A DNA stretch of 64,000 bases from Thermoleophilia bacterium (GCA_017882545.1 JADGPG010000055.1:860-64859), one strand, 5' to 3'. Counted from the stretch's first letter, positions 36,571-47,569 are shown. Numbers and translations are program-made. The notes: generated by a model not told the origin, from the sequence alone.

Positions 36571-37466
36571 GCGGCCACCTCGTGACGTATGCGGCGCGGG
36601 CGACGAGATCGCTCCGGCGGGACGGTGCCTGACGGATCGGGCTGGCAATGCGGGCACCAGTAGGTCCCGCGCTGGGCGACCACGTCCTTGACGATGATCG
36701 TCCCACACCGCGGGCAGGGCTGGCCCTCATGAAGGTGAACGCGCAGCAGTGTCTGCATCCGCCCGGGCCGGCCGAGCCCGTCACGGTAGGTGTCGATGGA
36801 TGCGCCACCTGCGTCGATGGCCACGCGCAGCCGATCCCGAATCGCGCGGTGCAGGCGACGGACCTCGGCCGGGGACAGCGAACCGGCGGCCCGGCGCGGA
36901 TGAAGGCCGGCCGCGAACAAGGACTCATCGACGTACATGTTGCCCAAACCGGCCACGATTGCCTGATTGAGCAACGTTGCCTTGATGGACGCGGTTCTGC
37001 CGGCAAGCAACCGTGCGAGCCGCTTGGCGGTGAAGTCCCTGGCCAGGGGCTCGAACCCGACCCGGCCGCGCCAATACGGCTCCATGGGGGTGCCCCCGGG
37101 GATGATCCACATACGCCCGAAACGGCGGGCGTCGCCGAAGGTCACCGTGCTCCCGTTGCCGAACGTGATCGTCGCCCGGAGGAATCGCTCCTCACCCGGT
37201 CCGGCCGGACCCGGACGCCAGTGCAGACGGCCGGTCATCCGCAGATGCAACGCGAGCGCGTCGCCGGAGTCGAGCACGATCAGCAGGTACTTCCCGCGCC
37301 GCACGATCTCCGTCACGGTCCGGCCGCAGACTGTCGCGGCGAACGCGGCGGGGTCGTCGCCCGCGACGATCAGGGGGTCGGCGATCTCAATCCCGACGAC
37401 GACCGCTCCGGTCAGGCGCGGGGCCAGTTGGGCACGAATCGTCTCGACCTCGGGCAGCTCCGGCAT
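36567..37466 (-). CDS. mutM: formamidopyrimidine-DNA glycosylase
   Basis: 299 aa. MPELPEVETIR N-terminus and C-terminal zinc finger CPRCG...CPHCQ. Confidence 0.92.
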   Translation of the reverse strand: MPELPEVETIRAQLAPRLTGAVVVGIEIADPLIVAGDDPAAFAATVCGRTVTEIVRRGKYLLIVLDSGDALALHLRMTGRLHWRPGPAGPGEERFLRATITFGNGSTVTFGDARRFGRMWIIPGGTPMEPYWRGRVGFEPLARDFTAKRLARLLAGRTASIKATLLNQAIVAGLGNMYVDESLFAAGLHPRRAAGSLSPAEVRRLHRAIRDRLRVAIDAGGASIDTYRDGLGRPGRMQTLLRVHLHEGQPCPRCGTIIVKDVVAQRGTYWCPHCQPDPSGTVPPERSRRPRRIRHEVAA

Positions 37467-38770
37467 CAGTCCGGCGGATCCGAGTCGCCGCGGATCCGGA
37501 ACGACGCAAGAATCTCAGCCACCGCGTGGTCACCCAGCCACTGGTCGCGCGCGTGCACCGTCGCCAGCGGCGAACCGGCGGTCACGGGGTCCCCGCGCTT
37601 GACCAGCAGCTCGACCCCGACGCTGTGGTCCACGTGCTGGAAGGGATGCAGGCGTCCGGCCCCGAGCCGCCGGACCGCCTCGCCGACCCTTCGTGCGTCG
37701 ATACCCTCGACGGTGCCGTCGCCACCCGCCGGCACCGTCAGCCCAATCGGTGCAGTTGGCAGGCCGGTGACACCCGTCCAGATCCCGGGGTCGCCGCCCT
37801 GGGCCGCAACCCACCGTTCGGCCGTCTCCAGCGCGGTGCCGTCCGCGAGGGCGGTCGCAGCACGGCGTGCCCCCCCACCGGGCTCGGAAACGCCTGCGGC
37901 CTCGGCCAAATCCCCGGCCAGGCGTGCCGCGACATTCCGCAGATCCGTCGGCCCGCCGCCACGCAGCACATCGGCCGCCTCGCGAACTTCGAGCGCGTTC
38001 CCGACCATTCGGCCAAGCGGCTCTTCGATCGCCGTCACGGTCGTCCGCACCCGCCGGCCCCATCCCTCCGCCAGCCAGGCGATCAGGTCGGCGGTTGCCG
38101 CGGCCTCGGCGGCATCCCGGCACGCTGCGCCATGTCCCCACGTGACCTCGACGGCCAGTGCTACGGCGCCCCCGGCCAGAGCCTTCGCCATGATCGTTGC
38201 CGCGACAAGATCGCGGTTCGCCACGGTACCCGTCGCTTCCCGAAGTGTCGTCAGGCGCGCGTCTCCGGGCACCAGGCGCGGGTTCTGGGCGATGACCGCG
38301 CACCCGACCCGTTGTACCTGTCCGACAAACTCCCCCAGATCGAGCTCCGTCCGGTAACCCGGGATCGCCTCCAGCTTGTCGACGGTGCCGCCCCAATATC
38401 CGAGCCCGCGTCGGCTCATCTTGGCGACCCGCACGCCCAACGCCGCAGCGACCGGGACGGCGACCAGCGTGACGTTATCGCCAACCCCGCCGGTCGAATG
38501 CAGATCACCCGTCATGCCGAGCGGCGCGAGATCCAATCGCTCGCCGGAGGCGATCAACGCCGACACGAGCCCGGCGGTACAGGCACGGGGCAGTCCACGG
38601 GCTTGGGCGATGGCGCACCAGGAGGCCATCTGCGCATCGGTCGCACCGTTGCCAAGCCAGCTGGTGACGAACCGGCGCGCGTCGTCCACGTCGACGGGGT
38701 CACCGTGCCAGGTGCGCTCGAGCAGCTCGAGAGGCGAGAGCGGTACGGCCATCTCGGCGATGCTACACAT
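37466..38770 (-). CDS. deoA: thymidine/pyrimidine-nucleoside phosphorylase
   Basis: HSTGGVGDNVTLVAVPVAAALG, KMSRRGLGYWGGTVDKLEAIPG. Start set at ATG 38770 (ATG 38752 is equally possible). The upstream 180 codons of the track ORF are an artefact. The stop overlaps the mutM ATG by 1 nt. Confidence 0.85.
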   Translation of the reverse strand: MCSIAEMAVPLSPLELLERTWHGDPVDVDDARRFVTSWLGNGATDAQMASWCAIAQARGLPRACTAGLVSALIASGERLDLAPLGMTGDLHSTGGVGDNVTLVAVPVAAALGVRVAKMSRRGLGYWGGTVDKLEAIPGYRTELDLGEFVGQVQRVGCAVIAQNPRLVPGDARLTTLREATGTVANRDLVAATIMAKALAGGAVALAVEVTWGHGAACRDAAEAAATADLIAWLAEGWGRRVRTTVTAIEEPLGRMVGNALEVREAADVLRGGGPTDLRNVAARLAGDLAEAAGVSEPGGGARRAATALADGTALETAERWVAAQGGDPGIWTGVTGLPTAPIGLTVPAGGDGTVEGIDARRVGEAVRRLGAGRLHPFQHVDHSVGVELLVKRGDPVTAGSPLATVHARDQWLGDHAVAEILASFRIRGDSDPPD

Positions 38771-38788
38771 GGCTGATATCGTCCGGCC

Positions 38789-40117
38789 ATGAATCGCCGC
38801 ACCATGACGGTCGCCATCGTCGCCGGGGGTCTGACACTCTCCGGCGCGGCCGCCGCGATCGTCCCGGCTGCGGCGGCGACCGGACCGACGCCGGTCCTGT
38901 CGTCGATCGTCGTGCCACGCATCGTCACGGCCCAGCAGGGCCATGCCCGATTCCTCGTCGGCGCACGGCTGTCGACGGCCGCCCGACTGGTGGTGCGCCT
39001 GACCCGGGTGTCGAACCACCGGGTGATGAAGACCGTCACGACCTCCGGCTTCCACCGTGCCGGGCGCGTATTTCTGCTGATTCAAGCAACCGACACCCAG
39101 GGCTTCCAGCTCCCGGCGACCACGTACAGTGTCTTTGTCGGCGCCACGAGCCCGGGCGGGCGCAACGCCAAGGCGCACACCGCTCCGGTGACGCTGACCT
39201 ACACGTCCCCGCGCGGCATGCTCGACTGGTACACGATCCCTAACACGACGTTCGTCCGCGGCAATCTCGGACTCCACATGACCGGCGGCCAGGTCGTGGT
39301 GGCGGTCCATCCCGGCAGCGCCGTCGCGAAAGCCGGCATCGTGCGCGGCGACGTGATCGAGTCGATCGACGGCGTCAGCACCGGGAGCCCCGGCGGGTTC
39401 CAGCGCGCCGATCGCCTGCTCCCGGCGGGCACGCCGGTCCCCGTCGTACTCCTGCGCGGCATCACCACGCTCACCAAGACACTGACCGCACCGCCCGACT
39501 GGGTCGCGACGTCGAACTTGGCATCCCCGATGTCACAGGCCGCCGCCACAAAGCGGTTCGCCTACGGGTTCGCGGTGGCGACGTACGACATCTCGGTCGG
39601 CAAGCTCCTCCAGGCCGGGCGGATCATCGGCACGTGGAAGGGTGCCAACAGCACCACCAGCCTCGCGCAGATGGCCCGCGCGCAGCTTGCGGTGGCACGC
39701 CACCAGCAGTCGGCGGCGTTGGCATTCTGGATCCGTGCGTACCGCGCCGACAACTCCCAGTCCCTGGCCGCGTTCGGCGAGGGTCTCGCCTACGACGCCC
39801 TCGGCAACGACACCTCGGCCGCCGAAGCGTTCGCGGTAGCGGCCAGCCGCGACCCGGACAGCGCCCCCGCATCGGCCTATGCGGCCCTCGCACTCGAACA
39901 GTCACACCTCCCGTACTTGGCGGCACCCTTCGCAAAACGTGCCGTCGCGGTGGACCCGACCGACCCCAACGCGCTCGCGGCGACCGGCATTGCCCAGATC
40001 CAGACGGGCCAGCGTGCGGTCGGCGTCGTCAGCCTGGAGCGGGGCATCGTCCAAACCGACGATGCGACGCGCGCTCAGTTCTTGGTCTCCCGGTTCCTCG
40101 AACCGGCGATCCCATGA
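38789..40117 (+). CDS. secreted protein with Ig-like N-domain, PDZ domain and TPR-like C-terminal repeats
   Basis: 442 aa. Signal-like MNRRTMTVAIVAGGLTLSGAAAAIVPAAAA. PDZ-like VVAVHPGSAVAKAGIVRGDVIESIDGVS. Ala-rich helical repeats (AFWIRAYRADNSQSLAAFGEGLAYDALGN...). Confidence 0.7.
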   Translation: MNRRTMTVAIVAGGLTLSGAAAAIVPAAAATGPTPVLSSIVVPRIVTAQQGHARFLVGARLSTAARLVVRLTRVSNHRVMKTVTTSGFHRAGRVFLLIQATDTQGFQLPATTYSVFVGATSPGGRNAKAHTAPVTLTYTSPRGMLDWYTIPNTTFVRGNLGLHMTGGQVVVAVHPGSAVAKAGIVRGDVIESIDGVSTGSPGGFQRADRLLPAGTPVPVVLLRGITTLTKTLTAPPDWVATSNLASPMSQAAATKRFAYGFAVATYDISVGKLLQAGRIIGTWKGANSTTSLAQMARAQLAVARHQQSAALAFWIRAYRADNSQSLAAFGEGLAYDALGNDTSAAEAFAVAASRDPDSAPASAYAALALEQSHLPYLAAPFAKRAVAVDPTDPNALAATGIAQIQTGQRAVGVVSLERGIVQTDDATRAQFLVSRFLEPAIP

Positions 40118-40308
40118 TCCGGGCCGCGATCGTTCACGGGACCGACGGGCGTCCCATCGCGACGGTCATGACCACGGGTCCGGCTCGTGGTGCACGGCTA
40201 CCCGACGCCACGATGATCGCGGCATATCTGGCCCGCCCACGACGTCCACGTCGCCGGGCATGCTGTGCCGCCGCCGATCGCATCCCGCGGTCCGGCATCA
40301 TCATCTGA
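40114..40308 (+). CDS. possible small ORF (64 aa) coupled to the PDZ/TPR gene
   Basis: ATGA overlap with the upstream stop. MIRAAIVHGTDGRPIATVMTTGPARGARLPDATMIAAYLA... The C-terminal half is Arg/Cys-rich and less convincing. Confidence 0.25.
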   Translation: MIRAAIVHGTDGRPIATVMTTGPARGARLPDATMIAAYLARPRRPRRRACCAAADRIPRSGIII

Positions 40309-40323
40309 CCGACCGCGCGGGTG

Positions 40324-40620
40324 CTATTCGCCGTGCAGAGTCTCGTCGTCGAACGGGGGCGCCTCGCGCGACCGTCGGGAGCGGCCACGCGAGGGAAGGT
40401 TGATCCCCCGGCGCGCAACGATCACCACGCTGGCGATGCCCACCACAAGTCCGACCCAGAACGCCCATGAGCCGAGCGGATTCTCAAGGAAGATTCCGAT
40501 GATCAGCAACAGGCCGATGGCACACACGAGCGCGAGCGGACGCTGCCGTGGCGGTGCGAGATGGACGACCCACGGCGCCAGCAGAGCAATAATCAAGATC
40601 ACGATCGTCGTCACGTGCAT
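40324..40620 (-). CDS. small membrane protein
   Basis: 98 aa with three hydrophobic segments followed by a basic tail. Confidence 0.5.
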   Translation of the reverse strand: MHVTTIVILIIALLAPWVVHLAPPRQRPLALVCAIGLLLIIGIFLENPLGSWAFWVGLVVGIASVVIVARRGINLPSRGRSRRSREAPPFDDETLHGE

Positions 40621-40740
40621 GCCCCCCGACGGTGGACGGTCGGTTGTCGCGTCAATCTACCCGTCCGTGAGTGGTTCGTCCCATTGTTAGCCGCACACGC
40701 GCAAGTCCCTGCATCGGCGACCGCGTGCGGAATCCATCTG

Positions 40741-41535
40741 ATGCCCGTGGTCAGCGCCGTCGGGACCGGCCGCCCCTCATGCGTGGTGGCGGTCGACGCC
40801 CTGGGCGTGGTGGTGCAGATCACCGCAGCCGACGATATTGACGCGATCGCGGACGCGGTCCCTCCGTCGGCCGAGATCGTCGCGGTCGACGCTCCACTTG
40901 CCGTTCCGAACCGCACCGGCATGCGGCCCGTCGATCAGCTGCTGGCGTGGCTGGACATCCCCGCCTTTCCCGTGTCGGGCGAGCGCCTCGACAAGGTGTA
41001 CGGCGGTGCGCGCGGACCGCACCTGCTCGCGCGGCTGCGCCGCCCCGACCGGCTCATCGTGGAGACCGCACCAGATGCCGTATTGCGGGAGCTTGTCTGG
41101 GAGGCCGTACATCCGCCCGGCGCCGGGGTTCTGGACCTGGCGCTGTATCGCGAGCGATGGCTCGATGTGCGGACGGCGCGCTATCGCCCGAAGGGCACCG
41201 GCCGTGCGGTACCGGCGGGACGCGCATCTGCCTGGGCGATCCTGGCCGGTGCACTCGACCTCGGCGGCTGGTTCCCCGACCCGCACCCCGACGATTGGGC
41301 GGCGATCTCCGATGCCGCGGTCCTTGATGCGCTCGCGGCCGCGTATTCCGCCTGGCGTCTCATGACGGCACCCACCCAGGCCCTGTTGGTCGCCGCCGAT
41401 GGCGTCCCGTTCGCCATTCCCGCCGACGCCAATCTGCGCAACCGGGCGAAGCTGCACGGGTCGCGGCTTGGCATTTCCGTATCGGATGGTGTTCGAAGGG
41501 CCTCCGGGACCCCGTCACACGGGGACGGCGACTAG
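40741..41535 (+). CDS. DUF429-like protein (predicted RNase H-fold)
   Basis: 264 aa from ATG 40741. ...CVVAVDALGVV...IVAVDAPLAVPNRTGMRPVDQLL resembles DUF429 as I recall it. Confidence 0.55.
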   Translation: MPVVSAVGTGRPSCVVAVDALGVVVQITAADDIDAIADAVPPSAEIVAVDAPLAVPNRTGMRPVDQLLAWLDIPAFPVSGERLDKVYGGARGPHLLARLRRPDRLIVETAPDAVLRELVWEAVHPPGAGVLDLALYRERWLDVRTARYRPKGTGRAVPAGRASAWAILAGALDLGGWFPDPHPDDWAAISDAAVLDALAAAYSAWRLMTAPTQALLVAADGVPFAIPADANLRNRAKLHGSRLGISVSDGVRRASGTPSHGDGD

Positions 41536-42306
41536 TTCCAGAGGTTCATCGTCGGCCGCGTCCAACGCGTCCTCCAGATCGGCGGATGTCGCGTACGGCC
41601 CGGCAGGGATGAACCGGCACGCGATCGTCAGGTCCACGACGCGCTCGCCGAACGGCCAGGGATCGACGACGCAGGTCCGTGCATCACGGGAGGTGACGGT
41701 CAATGAGGTGCCGAAATCGCCCGCCGCGCGCGGAACCTGCGGCAACGACCACGTCAATCCGTTCGCCAAGCCATGCCAGCAGACATAGAGCGACAGCACG
41801 TCCCACGCCTGAAGGATCCGGTAGCAGTCCCAGGCCCACACGCCCAGATCCGCATCGCTGCCGAGATGCGCCCGCATCTCGGCCTGCACCCGCTCCTGGT
41901 CACGCAGAAACGCCAGCTCGTAGGCCGGTCGGCCGTCGCGCTCGGGTGGGGGCCCGTCCAGACCCATCCGCTTTTCATACAGCCCCTGGCCGTGCATGCT
42001 CGCCAAGAGCCCGACGCGAGCCCCCCGAACCGCGGCCTCGGCAATCCCGAACTCATACATCGGCGCATGCACGGCCCGATCGAGATCCGGGAAGTTCACC
42101 GGTCCACCGTGCCCATCGAGCGTCGGGATCCCGTCCTGTCCCCGCCAGCCCTCGTCGTGGCATTCGGCGACATCGATCAGCGGGTCATACGGATCCGGCC
42201 GGAAGAAGCGCTCGTTCCCCCATGCACGCGCCAGGTCGCCGCATTGGGCCTGGTGGTCCACTTGGCGGATCAGGCGGATGCGGTCGCCGGACGGAAGGAC
42301 GATCAC
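41515..42306 (-). CDS. DUF3891-like protein
   Basis: 263 aa. MIVLPSGDRIRLIRQVDHQAQCGDLARAWGN...HDEGW resembles the DUF3891 N-terminus as I recall it. Its 3' end overlaps the convergent gene by 21 nt. Confidence 0.5.
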   Translation of the reverse strand: MIVLPSGDRIRLIRQVDHQAQCGDLARAWGNERFFRPDPYDPLIDVAECHDEGWRGQDGIPTLDGHGGPVNFPDLDRAVHAPMYEFGIAEAAVRGARVGLLASMHGQGLYEKRMGLDGPPPERDGRPAYELAFLRDQERVQAEMRAHLGSDADLGVWAWDCYRILQAWDVLSLYVCWHGLANGLTWSLPQVPRAAGDFGTSLTVTSRDARTCVVDPWPFGERVVDLTIACRFIPAGPYATSADLEDALDAADDEPLELVAVPV

Positions 42307-42317
42307 CGAGCGACCGC

Positions 42318-42893
42318 CTACATCCCGAGTGCCCGGGCCGTCTGGAGCAGCCCGATTAGCGTTTTGGCGTCACGAACCCTGGTCAGGAGCGTCGGAATGT
42401 GCGAAAGCGGCACCCGGACAACTTCAATCTCCTCATCTGGAATCGGCGCGACGTGGCTGGGACGTAGATCGGCGGCGACGTACAGGTGGATGAACTCGGT
42501 GAGCATCGCAGGGGCCGTATAGAAGCCGCCGAGGTAGTTCCACTGCCCGGCTTCACGGCCGACCTCCTCGCCGAGTTCACGCATGGCGGCCTCGAGGGGG
42601 TCCTCGTCCGGGGCATCAAGTTTGCCGGCCGGAAGCTCGAGCATCGTCTCCTGGACCGCCTCACGCGGCTGGCGCACCATCAGGAGATGGTCGTCCTCGA
42701 TCGGCACCATCACCACCGCGCCGTTGTGATCCAGCACCTCGCGCCGCACCATCAGGCCGCTTTGACGACGGTACTCGGAGATGCGCAGCCGGACGATCTC
42801 TCCCGTGAACACCACCTCGCTGGTCACGGGAGCATCGAGCACTTCCTCAGGTGGCTGGCCATCGGCACCGGGCCAGGATCGCGGCGCGGTCAC
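42318..42893 (-). CDS. NUDIX hydrolase (ADP-ribose pyrophosphatase-like)
   Basis: 191 aa from GTG 42893 (GTGA overlap with the M20 stop). Nudix box GKLDAPDEDPLEAAMRELGEEVG. Confidence 0.85.
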   Translation of the reverse strand: MTAPRSWPGADGQPPEEVLDAPVTSEVVFTGEIVRLRISEYRRQSGLMVRREVLDHNGAVVMVPIEDDHLLMVRQPREAVQETMLELPAGKLDAPDEDPLEAAMRELGEEVGREAGQWNYLGGFYTAPAMLTEFIHLYVAADLRPSHVAPIPDEEIEVVRVPLSHIPTLLTRVRDAKTLIGLLQTARALGM

Positions 42894-44023
42894 GTCGCCA
42901 CCGCCCCGTCGATCAAGGCGCGCGTCACTTCGACCATCGCCTCGATGTCGCGAACGGCAATGGACTCGCTGGCGGTGTGGACGTCGACCATGGCGTTGCA
43001 GAGATTGACGGCGGGAAACCCCTTGCGCAGGAGCGCGTTGGCGTCGGAACCGCCGCCGCCCGGCACGTGGACCGGCGTGATGCCGACCGCACGCAACGCA
43101 CGCTCGGCCATGCGCACCTGGACGGCGTCGTGCGCGAGGGTGTAACCGACGTACTGCGTCTCGACGCGGCACTCGAGGTCGCATCCGCCGCCGACCGCCG
43201 CCGCGGCCAGCGCGTCCACCATTGCAGAGATCTGGGCACCGAGTGCACCCGGGTTCCGGCTCCGGGCTTCGGCGACAATTTCGCACCCCGGCGCCACGAC
43301 ATTGGTCGCCTCCCCGCCGTGAATCGTCCCGACGTTGGCGGTCGTCTCGCTGTCGATGCGACCGAGGGGCATCGCGGCGATGGCTCGTGCGGCAGCGTCG
43401 ATTGCGCTATGCCCGTGCTCCGGCTCCATCCCGGCATGCGCTGCGGTTCCGCCAAACCGCGCGGTGATGCGCTTATGCGACGGCGCGGACACGATGATCC
43501 CGCCGACCGGCCCGGCGTGGTCATAGACGAATGCCACCTGCCCCGCGAGCGCCGCGGTGTCGAAGTGATGCGCACCGAGCAGGCCGATCTCCTCACACGG
43601 GGTCAGCAGAATCTCGATGCCGGCGTGCGGCACCCCGTGATGCACCACCCCGCGGATGGCGGTGAGCATCGCGGCAATCGCTGCCTTGTCGTCGCCCCCG
43701 AGGATCGCGGCGTGCCGATTGGTCACCGTGCCGCTTCCATCCACCACGACCTCGATCGGCCCGGCGACCGGAACCGTGTCCAGGTGCGCGCACAGCACGA
43801 TGGGCGTGCCGGGTGCGGTTGCCGGCAGGCGGCCGACGATGTTTCCGCACCCCGCACCGATGGCCTGTGCGGCGTCGTCTTCGGCCACCGTGCATCCGAT
43901 GTCCTCAAGCTCCCGCCGCACGCGAACGGCAATGTCCCCCTCATGGCGGGACGGGGACGGGATCTCGCAGAGCTCGATCAGCAGCTGAGCTGCCTCGGGC
44001 AGCTCGCTGCGGGTCCGACTCAC
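42890..44023 (-). CDS. M20/M25/M40-family metallopeptidase
   Basis: 377 aa from GTG 44023 (GTGA overlap with the pyrG stop). [22 protein letters not shown], ...EEIGLLGA. Confidence 0.85.
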   Translation of the reverse strand: MSRTRSELPEAAQLLIELCEIPSPSRHEGDIAVRVRRELEDIGCTVAEDDAAQAIGAGCGNIVGRLPATAPGTPIVLCAHLDTVPVAGPIEVVVDGSGTVTNRHAAILGGDDKAAIAAMLTAIRGVVHHGVPHAGIEILLTPCEEIGLLGAHHFDTAALAGQVAFVYDHAGPVGGIIVSAPSHKRITARFGGTAAHAGMEPEHGHSAIDAAARAIAAMPLGRIDSETTANVGTIHGGEATNVVAPGCEIVAEARSRNPGALGAQISAMVDALAAAAVGGGCDLECRVETQYVGYTLAHDAVQVRMAERALRAVGITPVHVPGGGGSDANALLRKGFPAVNLCNAMVDVHTASESIAVRDIEAMVEVTRALIDGAVAT

Positions 44024-45690
44024 GCCGGCGTTGCCGCCGCCGGCGCGCCGTCGACATCGGCTGTCCGGCCGACCGGTCCACGCTTGGCGACCGCGTGCGC
44101 GAGGGCGGCGCCGATGAACTCCCGAAACAGCGGCTGTGGCCTGGTCGGGCGGCTCTTGAACTCGGGGTGGAACTGTGACGCGCAGAAGAACGGGTGCTCG
44201 CGGATCTCGATGCACTCCACCAGGCGACCGTCCGGCGATGTTGCGGACACGACCAGTCCCGCCTCCTCGATCTGCGACCGCAGCACGGGGTTCACCTCGT
44301 ATCGATGACGGTGGCGCTCGTAGATCACGGCGTCCTCATAGAGGTTGGCCACCTGGGTCCCGGGCACCAGTGCGACCGGGTCGGCGCCAAGGCGCATGGT
44401 GCCGCCCCGTTCGTCGATCTCGCGCTGCTCGGGAAGGAGATCGATCACCGGGAATGGCGTGTCGCTATCGAATTCGGTGCTGTTGGCGCGCGCCATTCCG
44501 CACACATTGCGCGCGTATTCGATGACGGCGACCTGCATGCCGAGGCAGATACCGAGGTACGGAATCAGGTGCTCCCGGGCAACGCGGACGGCCTCGATCT
44601 TGCCCTCGATGCCCCGCTGGCCGAATCCGCCGGGCACCAAGATTCCGTCGGCGTGTGCGAGGGCATCGGAAAGATCGGGCTGGTCCGAGTCGATCCAGTC
44701 GATCTCCACCTCGACCCCATGGGCGATGCCGGCGTGCTTGAGCGCCTCCGCGACGGAGAGGTACGCGTCACGCAACCGGACGTACTTTCCGACAAGCGCG
44801 ATACGTACAACGCCCTCGCAGTGACCGATGTGGTCGACCAGTGCATGCCACTCGGCGAGGTCGGCCGGCCGCCATGGGAGCCCCAGGCGATCGCACACGG
44901 CACGATCGAATCCCTCTGCCTCCATTCCCAGGGGCACCATGTAGATGTCGGGTGCATCGCCCGCAGAGATCACGGCCTGCTCGGGGATGCCCGCGTGCAA
45001 GGCGATCTTGGCCTTCAGATCCGACGTGATGTCGTGGTTCGACCGGAGCACGAGAACATCCGGCTCGATACCGATGCGCCGCAGCTCGTTGACCGAATGC
45101 TGGGTGGCCTTGGTCTTCAGCTCGCCGCTGGCTTCCAGGAACGGCACGAGCGTGACGTGGACGAACGCGACGTTCTCGCGGCCGACGTCGTTCCGCAGCT
45201 GCCGGATCGCCTCGAGAAACGGCAGTGATTCGATATCGCCGACCGTGCCCCCGATCTCCACGATGACAACGTCTGCGGCCGAGCTTTCACCCGCCAGGCG
45301 AATCCGGCGCTTGATCTCATTGGTGACGTGAGGGACCACTTGCACGGTCGCGCCGTCAAAGTCGCCCCGCCGTTCGCGCTTGATCACCGCGTCATAGACC
45401 GCGCCGGTCGTCGTGTTCGACACCCGCGTCAGACTCTCGTCCGTGAACCGCTCGTAATGCCCGAGGTCAAGGTCGGTCTCGGCACCGTCCTCGGTGACGA
45501 ACACTTCGCCGTGCTGGTAGGGGCTCATCGTGCCGGGATCCACGTTGATGTAGGGATCGCACTTCTGGAAGAAGATCTTCCAGCCCCGCGCCTTGAGCAG
45601 TGTGCCGAGCGACGCGGCAGAGATGCCCTTGCCAAGACCGGACACCACACCCCCGGTCACGAAGACGTACTTGACGGGGTGGTCGCTCAC
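44020..45690 (-). CDS. pyrG: CTP synthase
   Basis: 556 aa from GTG 45690 (GAGGAG upstream). [17 protein letters not shown] and glutaminase GICLGMQ. Confidence 0.95.
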   Translation of the reverse strand: MSDHPVKYVFVTGGVVSGLGKGISAASLGTLLKARGWKIFFQKCDPYINVDPGTMSPYQHGEVFVTEDGAETDLDLGHYERFTDESLTRVSNTTTGAVYDAVIKRERRGDFDGATVQVVPHVTNEIKRRIRLAGESSAADVVIVEIGGTVGDIESLPFLEAIRQLRNDVGRENVAFVHVTLVPFLEASGELKTKATQHSVNELRRIGIEPDVLVLRSNHDITSDLKAKIALHAGIPEQAVISAGDAPDIYMVPLGMEAEGFDRAVCDRLGLPWRPADLAEWHALVDHIGHCEGVVRIALVGKYVRLRDAYLSVAEALKHAGIAHGVEVEIDWIDSDQPDLSDALAHADGILVPGGFGQRGIEGKIEAVRVAREHLIPYLGICLGMQVAVIEYARNVCGMARANSTEFDSDTPFPVIDLLPEQREIDERGGTMRLGADPVALVPGTQVANLYEDAVIYERHRHRYEVNPVLRSQIEEAGLVVSATSPDGRLVECIEIREHPFFCASQFHPEFKSRPTRPQPLFREFIGAALAHAVAKRGPVGRTADVDGAPAAATPA

Positions 45691-45852
45691 GAGCTCTCCT
45701 CGGTCGATCGCTGCTGTTGGGACAATACACCAGGCCGTGCGTGGCACGACCGGTCGGGATCAGCGTTCTCGCCTGCAATTGCAGGGGTTTTTTGCGACTC
45801 TCCAACGCGCACGGAACCGGCCGTGCGCCGGATCGGGGCACGTTCACCCTGC

Positions 45853-47565
45853 TCAGCCAGCGCTTTGGCCGCCACCCGCGGCCAGCGCCGTCGCCATCAG
45901 ACCGAGAGCGTGTTCGCGGGCCACCGGATCATCGCGTTCTGCGCCGAGCATCCGGCACAACTCACCCACGCGCTCGTCACCTGTGACCGGTCGGATGGCG
46001 GTCCGGGCCATACCGTCGTCCCCTGCGCCCTTGTCCAGGACGAGGTGGACATCACCGGCAGCGGCAACCTGGGCCAGGTGCGTGATCACGATCGTCTGGG
46101 TGGACCGACCGAGCTCGGCCAAGCGGCGGGCCACCGCCCCCGCAGTCACTCCGCCGATGCCGGCGTCGATCTCGTCGAAGACCCACGTTGCGTCGTCACT
46201 CGCCATGTTCAGACCATGCAGCGCCAAGAGCACGCGCGACAACTCCCCGCCGGAGGCCACCTCAGCGAGCGGCGCCTCCGGGAGCCCGGGGTTCGGTTGC
46301 AAGAGAATCTGCACGGATTCCGACTCAAGCACGTCATCGCCGGCGCGGACGAGCACCCGGACCGCTGCATCCGGCATTGCCAGATCGGACAGCGCAGCCG
46401 TGAGGGCCGTAGCGAGTTCACCGGACGCGCGGAGGCGGTCCGCGCCGAGGCGCTTGGCGGCGGCGGAGATTTCCGCATGCAGGGCGTCCTGATGTGCACG
46501 GTCGCGCGCATCCTGCTCATCCGGCGACCGGACGTCGGCCAGTTCTCGGTCGACCTCCTCCCAGCGCGCGGGCAGCCCGTCGAGGGGACACCCTGCTCGA
46601 CGGGCAACCCGGTCGAGCTCCCCAAGTCGCGCTTCGATGGCATCGAGGCGCGCGGGGTCGGCGTCGATGCCTGCCAGATACCCCCGCAGTTCGCCCGCGG
46701 CGTCCTCCAGCAATGCCCGGGCCTCACCGAGAACCCGCAGCGAGGGCTCGAGCAGCGGGTCGATTGCGACGACCTCGCTGACCGCGCGCTCGGCCTGCCC
46801 GACGAGATCGCGGGCGCCCGCATCGGCGTCGCTCGGCGCGACCGCCTCGGCCGCGACCGCCGCGGCCCGCACGAGCCGGTCGGCATGCCGTAGACGGTCC
46901 CGCTCGGCCGTCAGTTGCGCGAGTTCCCCGTCGATCGGCGCGACGGCGGCCAGTTGCGCAGCGAGGTCCTCGAGATCCGCCCGGTGCTGCGCAACACGGT
47001 CTCGTTCCGCCGCCTTCTGCGCGTGGGCTCGGGCGGCGCTGCGATACTCCCTGCGCAGGCCTGCCAGCTGTGCGGCCAGACCGACCGCGGTTGGTCCGAT
47101 GAACCGGTCGAGCGCCTGCAGCTGGATCCGGGGCGAGGTCAACAGGCGCTGATCGCCCTGACCAGAGAACCGCACGACCTGTCCAACGAGCGATGCGATG
47201 GCGGCGTGCGGAACCGCGACGCCGTCGACGAACGAGCGCGAGCGTCCGTCGGCGGGAATCCGGCGGGTGACGATGAACTCGGCCGGATCGTCGGCCAGCT
47301 CCCGCAGCACCACGGCGGGATCGTCGTCGTCGAGGGCATCCCAGAAGTCCGGCGAGAGGGCGATCGTCGCCTGAATTCGTGCGTTGGCGTGGCCGGGTCG
47401 CACCATGGTCGCGTCCGCGGGCAAGCTTCCCAGCAGGCCGAGCGCATTGGTCAAGACGGTCTTCCCCGCCCCGGTCTCCCCGGTGATCACGGTGAGCCCC
47501 GGACCGAGCAGCAGCTCCGCGTGCTCGATGACCACCAGGCCCCGGATCTCCAAGGAGCGAATCAC
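45853..47565 (-). CDS. recN: DNA repair protein RecN
   Basis: 570 aa from GTG 47565 (VIRSLEIRGLVVIEH...). Walker A ITGETGAGKT and signature ASGGELSRVLLAL. Confidence 0.95.
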   Translation of the reverse strand: MIRSLEIRGLVVIEHAELLLGPGLTVITGETGAGKTVLTNALGLLGSLPADATMVRPGHANARIQATIALSPDFWDALDDDDPAVVLRELADDPAEFIVTRRIPADGRSRSFVDGVAVPHAAIASLVGQVVRFSGQGDQRLLTSPRIQLQALDRFIGPTAVGLAAQLAGLRREYRSAARAHAQKAAERDRVAQHRADLEDLAAQLAAVAPIDGELAQLTAERDRLRHADRLVRAAAVAAEAVAPSDADAGARDLVGQAERAVSEVVAIDPLLEPSLRVLGEARALLEDAAGELRGYLAGIDADPARLDAIEARLGELDRVARRAGCPLDGLPARWEEVDRELADVRSPDEQDARDRAHQDALHAEISAAAKRLGADRLRASGELATALTAALSDLAMPDAAVRVLVRAGDDVLESESVQILLQPNPGLPEAPLAEVASGGELSRVLLALHGLNMASDDATWVFDEIDAGIGGVTAGAVARRLAELGRSTQTIVITHLAQVAAAGDVHLVLDKGAGDDGMARTAIRPVTGDERVGELCRMLGAERDDPVAREHALGLMATALAAGGGQSAG

Positions 47566-47569
47566 GTCA

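Noticed and set aside
36648-38776. Plus-strand ORFs 36648-38357 (569 aa) and 37526-38776 (416 aa)
   Set aside because: They are antisense to mutM and deoA, whose translations carry clear family motifs.
45328-46893. Plus-strand ORF of 521 aa across pyrG 5' end and recN
   Set aside because: It is antisense to pyrG and recN, crosses their intergenic spacer and has no family signal.
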